DNA of 64,000 nt from Acidobacteriota bacterium (GTDB taxonomy: Bacteria; Acidobacteriota; UBA890; WLXD01): assembly GCA_965205505.1 (NCBI GenBank), contig CBDBHB010000006.1, forward strand, positions 256,001 to 320,000, written 5' to 3'. Shown piece by piece: positions 60,428-64,000 of this stretch. The notes beneath the pieces were generated by a model. It was not told the DNA's origin. It saw only the letters and a list, made by a program, of their open reading frames with translations, and searched no databases. A program made the position numbers and the translations under genes. The stretch's first letter is position 1. Every line of letters starts with the position of its first letter.

Positions 60428-61954
60428 ATGGAAGACGTGCGGAATCGCGGCGGCCGGCACTGCGCCGCGACGTGCCTGCGGCCGACGGCGATCGCTCTGG
60501 CGCTGATCTCCACGCTGGCGCTCAGTGCGCCGGGCAGCGGACAGGACGAGGTCGATGTCCGGTTGCAACGCGGCATACAACTGCTCAGCGCAGCACGGTT
60601 GGAGGAGGCCATCGCGGAGCTCGAAGCCGCGGCTTTACTGGAGGCGCGTAACTGGCAGGTCCGTTATCATCTCGGGCGCGCTCTCTATGCTGGCGGCCGT
60701 GCCGAGGAGGCGGTGGCGCATCTGGTCGCTGCGCTCGAGCAGACGCCCGAACCGGGCCGTGTGCAATACCAGCTGGCGCAGGTCTGGCTTCAGCTAGAGG
60801 AATGGGAGGCGGCCGCCGAGGCGCTCGACGCGACCGAGCGCGCGATGCCAGGATTTCCGCCGGCGACGTTTTATCGGGGCGAGCTCTGCTACCGGCTCGG
60901 ACGCCTCGAGGTGGCACGCCGCTACGTTGAGAAAGCCGCCGAGGCCGCTCCTGACTGGGACAGGCCGCTTCTCAGCGCTGCCGTACTGGCCGAGGAGGAC
61001 GAAGATCCGGAGGCCGCGGCCCGCTGGTTGCGGGCGGCCGTTGAGCTGCGACCCGACGATGCCATGTTGCGGGTGCGGTTGGGCAGCGCCCTGGCGGCGG
61101 CGCAACAGCCGCGCGAATCACTCGTGGCGTTTCGGCGCGCCTTGGAGATCGCCCCTGATTTGGAGGCGGCGCGCGTGCGGCTCCTGGTGCAGCTCGATGC
61201 GCTCGGCGACCGCGGCGCGCTGGTTCGGGAGATCGACGCGATCCTTGCGCGCGAGCCCGGTAACGGCGCCGCCCGATCCCAGCGAGCGCGGCTGCTCAAC
61301 CGTGAGGGGCGCACGCAAGATGCTCTGGCGGAGATCGATGAAGCGATTGTCAGGCTGGCCGAGGCCACCCCGGCGCCGGGACAGAACCTCGGGACCGTGG
61401 AGCGCAACGCCAGAGGGTTTCGGGCACGACTTCTGATGCAGCTTGGTCGCAACGCCGATGCCGCCGCCGAGGCGCGGGCCTTGGTACAGGAGCATCCATG
61501 GTACCCGGAGCCATTTTTCGTGCTCGGCACGATCCTGATGCGGCAGGGAGATTCCGAGGGACGGTCGTTGCTCGAGCGCTTCAAGGCTCTGTCGGATGCT
61601 CGGGAGCATCGTCGGACTGCAGGCGGCCTCCTGCTCCGAGGAGATCTGGAGCGGGCGAGCGGCGAGTACCGGGCGGCGCTCCGGCGGACGCCGGGGGAGC
61701 AGCGGGCGAGTCTCGGTCTGGCGATCGTGTTGCGTCGCCAGGGCGATCACGCTGGTGCGCTGGCGCTCCTTACGCCGCTCACGGAAGATGTGTCGTTGCT
61801 GGCCGAATGGTATCGCGAGCTCGTGCTGGCGCTGCACGGCAGCGGTCGCGGCGACGAGGCGCACGAGCTCTGGGAGCAGCTGCACGAGCGCGGCTTCGTG
61901 CTCGGCACAGAGGTTCTGCGTGCCATGTACGCGGCCGTTTCCGCCTGTCGCTAG
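60428..61954 (+). CDS. Exported multi-TPR protein
   Basis: Signal-like AIALALISTLALSA and repeated TPR units. Confidence 0.8.
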   Translation: MEDVRNRGGRHCAATCLRPTAIALALISTLALSAPGSGQDEVDVRLQRGIQLLSAARLEEAIAELEAAALLEARNWQVRYHLGRALYAGGRAEEAVAHLVAALEQTPEPGRVQYQLAQVWLQLEEWEAAAEALDATERAMPGFPPATFYRGELCYRLGRLEVARRYVEKAAEAAPDWDRPLLSAAVLAEEDEDPEAAARWLRAAVELRPDDAMLRVRLGSALAAAQQPRESLVAFRRALEIAPDLEAARVRLLVQLDALGDRGALVREIDAILAREPGNGAARSQRARLLNREGRTQDALAEIDEAIVRLAEATPAPGQNLGTVERNARGFRARLLMQLGRNADAAAEARALVQEHPWYPEPFFVLGTILMRQGDSEGRSLLERFKALSDAREHRRTAGGLLLRGDLERASGEYRAALRRTPGEQRASLGLAIVLRRQGDHAGALALLTPLTEDVSLLAEWYRELVLALHGSGRGDEAHELWEQLHERGFVLGTEVLRAMYAAVSACR

Positions 61955-62044
61955 CCGGCCACCGCGTCCGAGCGCTCGGTAGACAACGCTTCGACGACGG
62001 AAACAGTGCGTGCACGAGCAAGTGTGCGCAGCCAGCCTCAGATC

Positions 62045-62089
62045 AAAAAGAGAAGGCCGGCTGCCCGGATCGGACAGCCGGCCTGTCTC
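62045..62089 (-). terminator. Intrinsic terminator after the TonB-dependent receptor
   Basis: Minus strand AGGCCGGCTGTCC-GATCC-GGGCAGCCGGCCT followed by TCTCTTTTT. Confidence 0.8.
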
Positions 62090-62127
62090 CTACTTCTACG
62101 CGGGTTCAGCCCGCGGCGTGTGTTCGT

Positions 62128-64000
62128 CTACCAGACGAAGCGCACACCTAGGCGGAGCTCGCGGGGCTTCGACGGCCAACGTATCTTCCCGAAGGAGGAT
62201 CCCCCCTCGAGGTTGTACGTCGACTCGTACGAGGTGTCGACCTCGCCGCTGCCGTAACCGCGGCGCCAAGGGTTGGCGCGGTTGGTCAGGTTGAACACGT
62301 CGCCGATGAGCTCGATGCGGTTGTTGCCCACATCGAAGCTCTTCTGCAGCCGCAGGTCGACGTTGAACTGCCTCGGTGCGCGACGGTTACCCCTCGGCTC
62401 CAAGCGTATGCTGCGGATGCGCGTGTCGTTGAAGGAGATGCCCGTTGCCCGCACCCGGAGGTTCGGTTGCCACGGACGTCCCGACAGGGACTGTATGTAG
62501 GTGCTGGCGAGGATCCCGCCCGGCAGGCGGTAGTTCGTCAGCAGCTTGTACTGCCAGGTGCGGTCGAAGTTCAGCGGACCGTCCGTGAACGGATGGCCGT
62601 TGAACATGGGCTTCTGGGCCTCACCGAAGGCAGCGAAGCCCCAGTTCGTCTGCACCGTGTTGCCGATGTTCCCCGTCGTGCGCTGATAGGTAACCGACGC
62701 ATCGAAGTTGAACCCGGCGCTCGGGCGCTTGCGGAAGGACAAGATGGCCAAGTGATGCTTACGTTGATAGTAATCATCGTTGTTCATGAACAGGTCTTCC
62801 GGATTGTCATCCGTCCTCACATACACCGTCTGCGTCGTACCGATCACAGGGTTGGTGTACTCCACGGGGTCGTACGTGTGTGAGTTGATGTCAGTCTGGA
62901 TCAGGAAGTCCTTGTCTCTCTTGTAGATGTAGTCCGCGGTCAGCGCGTAGTCACGGCCGACTGCGACCTCCAGCCCGACGTTGAAGGCGTCGGTGCGCGG
63001 CATCCTCAAGCTGTTGGGGATGTCGCGAGGCTCGCTGACCCAGCGGTTAACGAACGAATCCGCGTTGATGATCGAAGCTACGAGCGCATCGGCCTGCTCC
63101 GGAGAGAGACCGTCGAGGGTGTCGTAGTCGACCGCTGGCAACAAGGTGAAGTAGTCGTCCGCCGCCTCGAAGGCGTTGCCGCCCTGCGCGATCGGACCGT
63201 AGGTCAACGCCTTCTCGAAGTAGCGTCCCCAACCGACGTGGGCAACCCACTTACCTTCACCCGTTACGTCCCAGTTCAGGCCGATACGGGGGGCATAGTT
63301 CTGGTAGCTGGTGAGCTGTCCCCCATTGAAGTTGGGGTCTCCGGCAGGAGTGCCAATGGGATTGCCCTGGCGCGGACGCCGTGCGTCGGTGCGCGTGCAG
63401 CAATTGTCGTGGATCTGCGGGTTGTCGAAGCGGAAGCCCACGTTCGCCGTGATGTTGTCGCTGAACGTGATGTCATCCTGCACGAAGGCAGCATAGCGGT
63501 TCACGCCGACATCCAGATGGGCATCGTACGTATAGCCATACGCGTACGTATAGCCATAGTAGTCACCGAGGGAGAGCCAGGCTCCGCCGTAATCGCTGAG
63601 GAACAGCGACCACGTGTTTTCGTACTCCGCACCGATCTTGAGGGTGTGGGAGCCGCCCAGGAAGTCGTCGACATACTGCGTCACGCTGGTGTTGATCTCG
63701 TGACGACCGTTGGTCTCATCCCAGTTGTAGGCGCTGGATGAGTAGGTAACACCGGTCTGCCAGGCATTGATGATCGGCAGGCTACATCCAGGCGGCTTGA
63801 TGCGGTCATTCTGCGAATTGCACGAGTTGGCGAAGCGGAAGTTGTCGCCAAGATAGCCGCCATAGCGGAAGTCCAGGAACGTGTCGTCGCCGAGCTCCGA
63901 CTGCCAGGTGGCAAGCCAGGTCTGCGAACCGAAGGTGAACCCGTAGCCGATCGAGTCGCTGTCACCAGCGCTGCGGCCGAGGTTCTCGTCGGTGCCCGGA
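62128..64000 (-). CDS. TonB-dependent receptor (Oar-like), 5'-partial
   Basis: AAFVQDD...NVGFRFD, APRIGLNWD, GWGRYF, DLRLQKSF, DVFNLTN, PRELRLGVRFVW end. The frame is open without a stop to the window edge. Confidence 0.9.
   Translation of the reverse strand, partial: PGTDENLGRSAGDSDSIGYGFTFGSQTWLATWQSELGDDTFLDFRYGGYLGDNFRFANSCNSQNDRIKPPGCSLPIINAWQTGVTYSSSAYNWDETNGRHEINTSVTQYVDDFLGGSHTLKIGAEYENTWSLFLSDYGGAWLSLGDYYGYTYAYGYTYDAHLDVGVNRYAAFVQDDITFSDNITANVGFRFDNPQIHDNCCTRTDARRPRQGNPIGTPAGDPNFNGGQLTSYQNYAPRIGLNWDVTGEGKWVAHVGWGRYFEKALTYGPIAQGGNAFEAADDYFTLLPAVDYDTLDGLSPEQADALVASIINADSFVNRWVSEPRDIPNSLRMPRTDAFNVGLEVAVGRDYALTADYIYKRDKDFLIQTDINSHTYDPVEYTNPVIGTTQTVYVRTDDNPEDLFMNNDDYYQRKHHLAILSFRKRPSAGFNFDASVTYQRTTGNIGNTVQTNWGFAAFGEAQKPMFNGHPFTDGPLNFDRTWQYKLLTNYRLPGGILASTYIQSLSGRPWQPNLRVRATGISFNDTRIRSIRLEPRGNRRAPRQFNVDLRLQKSFDVGNNRIELIGDVFNLTNRANPWRRGYGSGEVDTSYESTYNLEGGSSFGKIRWPSKPRELRLGVRFVW

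Noticed and set aside
63681-64000. Apparent start or frameshift of the TonB receptor at 63684
   Set aside because: Manual translation shows the frame is open to the window edge; the ORF caller simply chose an internal GTG.

Overview
This is a GC-rich bacterial chromosomal segment, most likely Acidobacteriota; that assignment is inferred from gene content and the 16S fragment and was not searched. Positions 1-40.2 kb are one co-directional minus-strand block. Read from low to high coordinate it holds the 5' end of 16S rRNA, tyrS, purN-M-F-L-Q-S-B and an M16 peptidase. A ~28 kb type IV filament superlocus follows. Its first half is a Myxococcus/Geobacter-style T4aP locus (minor pilins, pilD, xap/pilGHI-like ABC module, sigma54-driven pilin, pilR, pilS, pilC, pilT, epimerase, pilB) carrying several frameshift and nonsense lesions. 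Its second half is an apparently intact T2SS-like cluster with a TPR-secretin-cohesin protein. Positions 40-53.6 kb are an accessory region with several deletion remnants and an intact candidate terpenoid module: a secreted linalool dehydratase/isomerase-family enzyme coupled to a DsbA-family lipoprotein, beside a Zn alcohol dehydrogenase, an acyl-CoA ligase and a phytoene-desaturase-like oxidoreductase. Positions 53.7-64 kb encode TPR proteins, two tandem Thr-nucleophile sulfatase-like/TPR proteins and a TonB-dependent receptor running off the window. Small CTAG-bounded inverted-repeat elements sit at several TAG stop codons and at one deletion junction. No CRISPR array, tRNA or transposase was seen.
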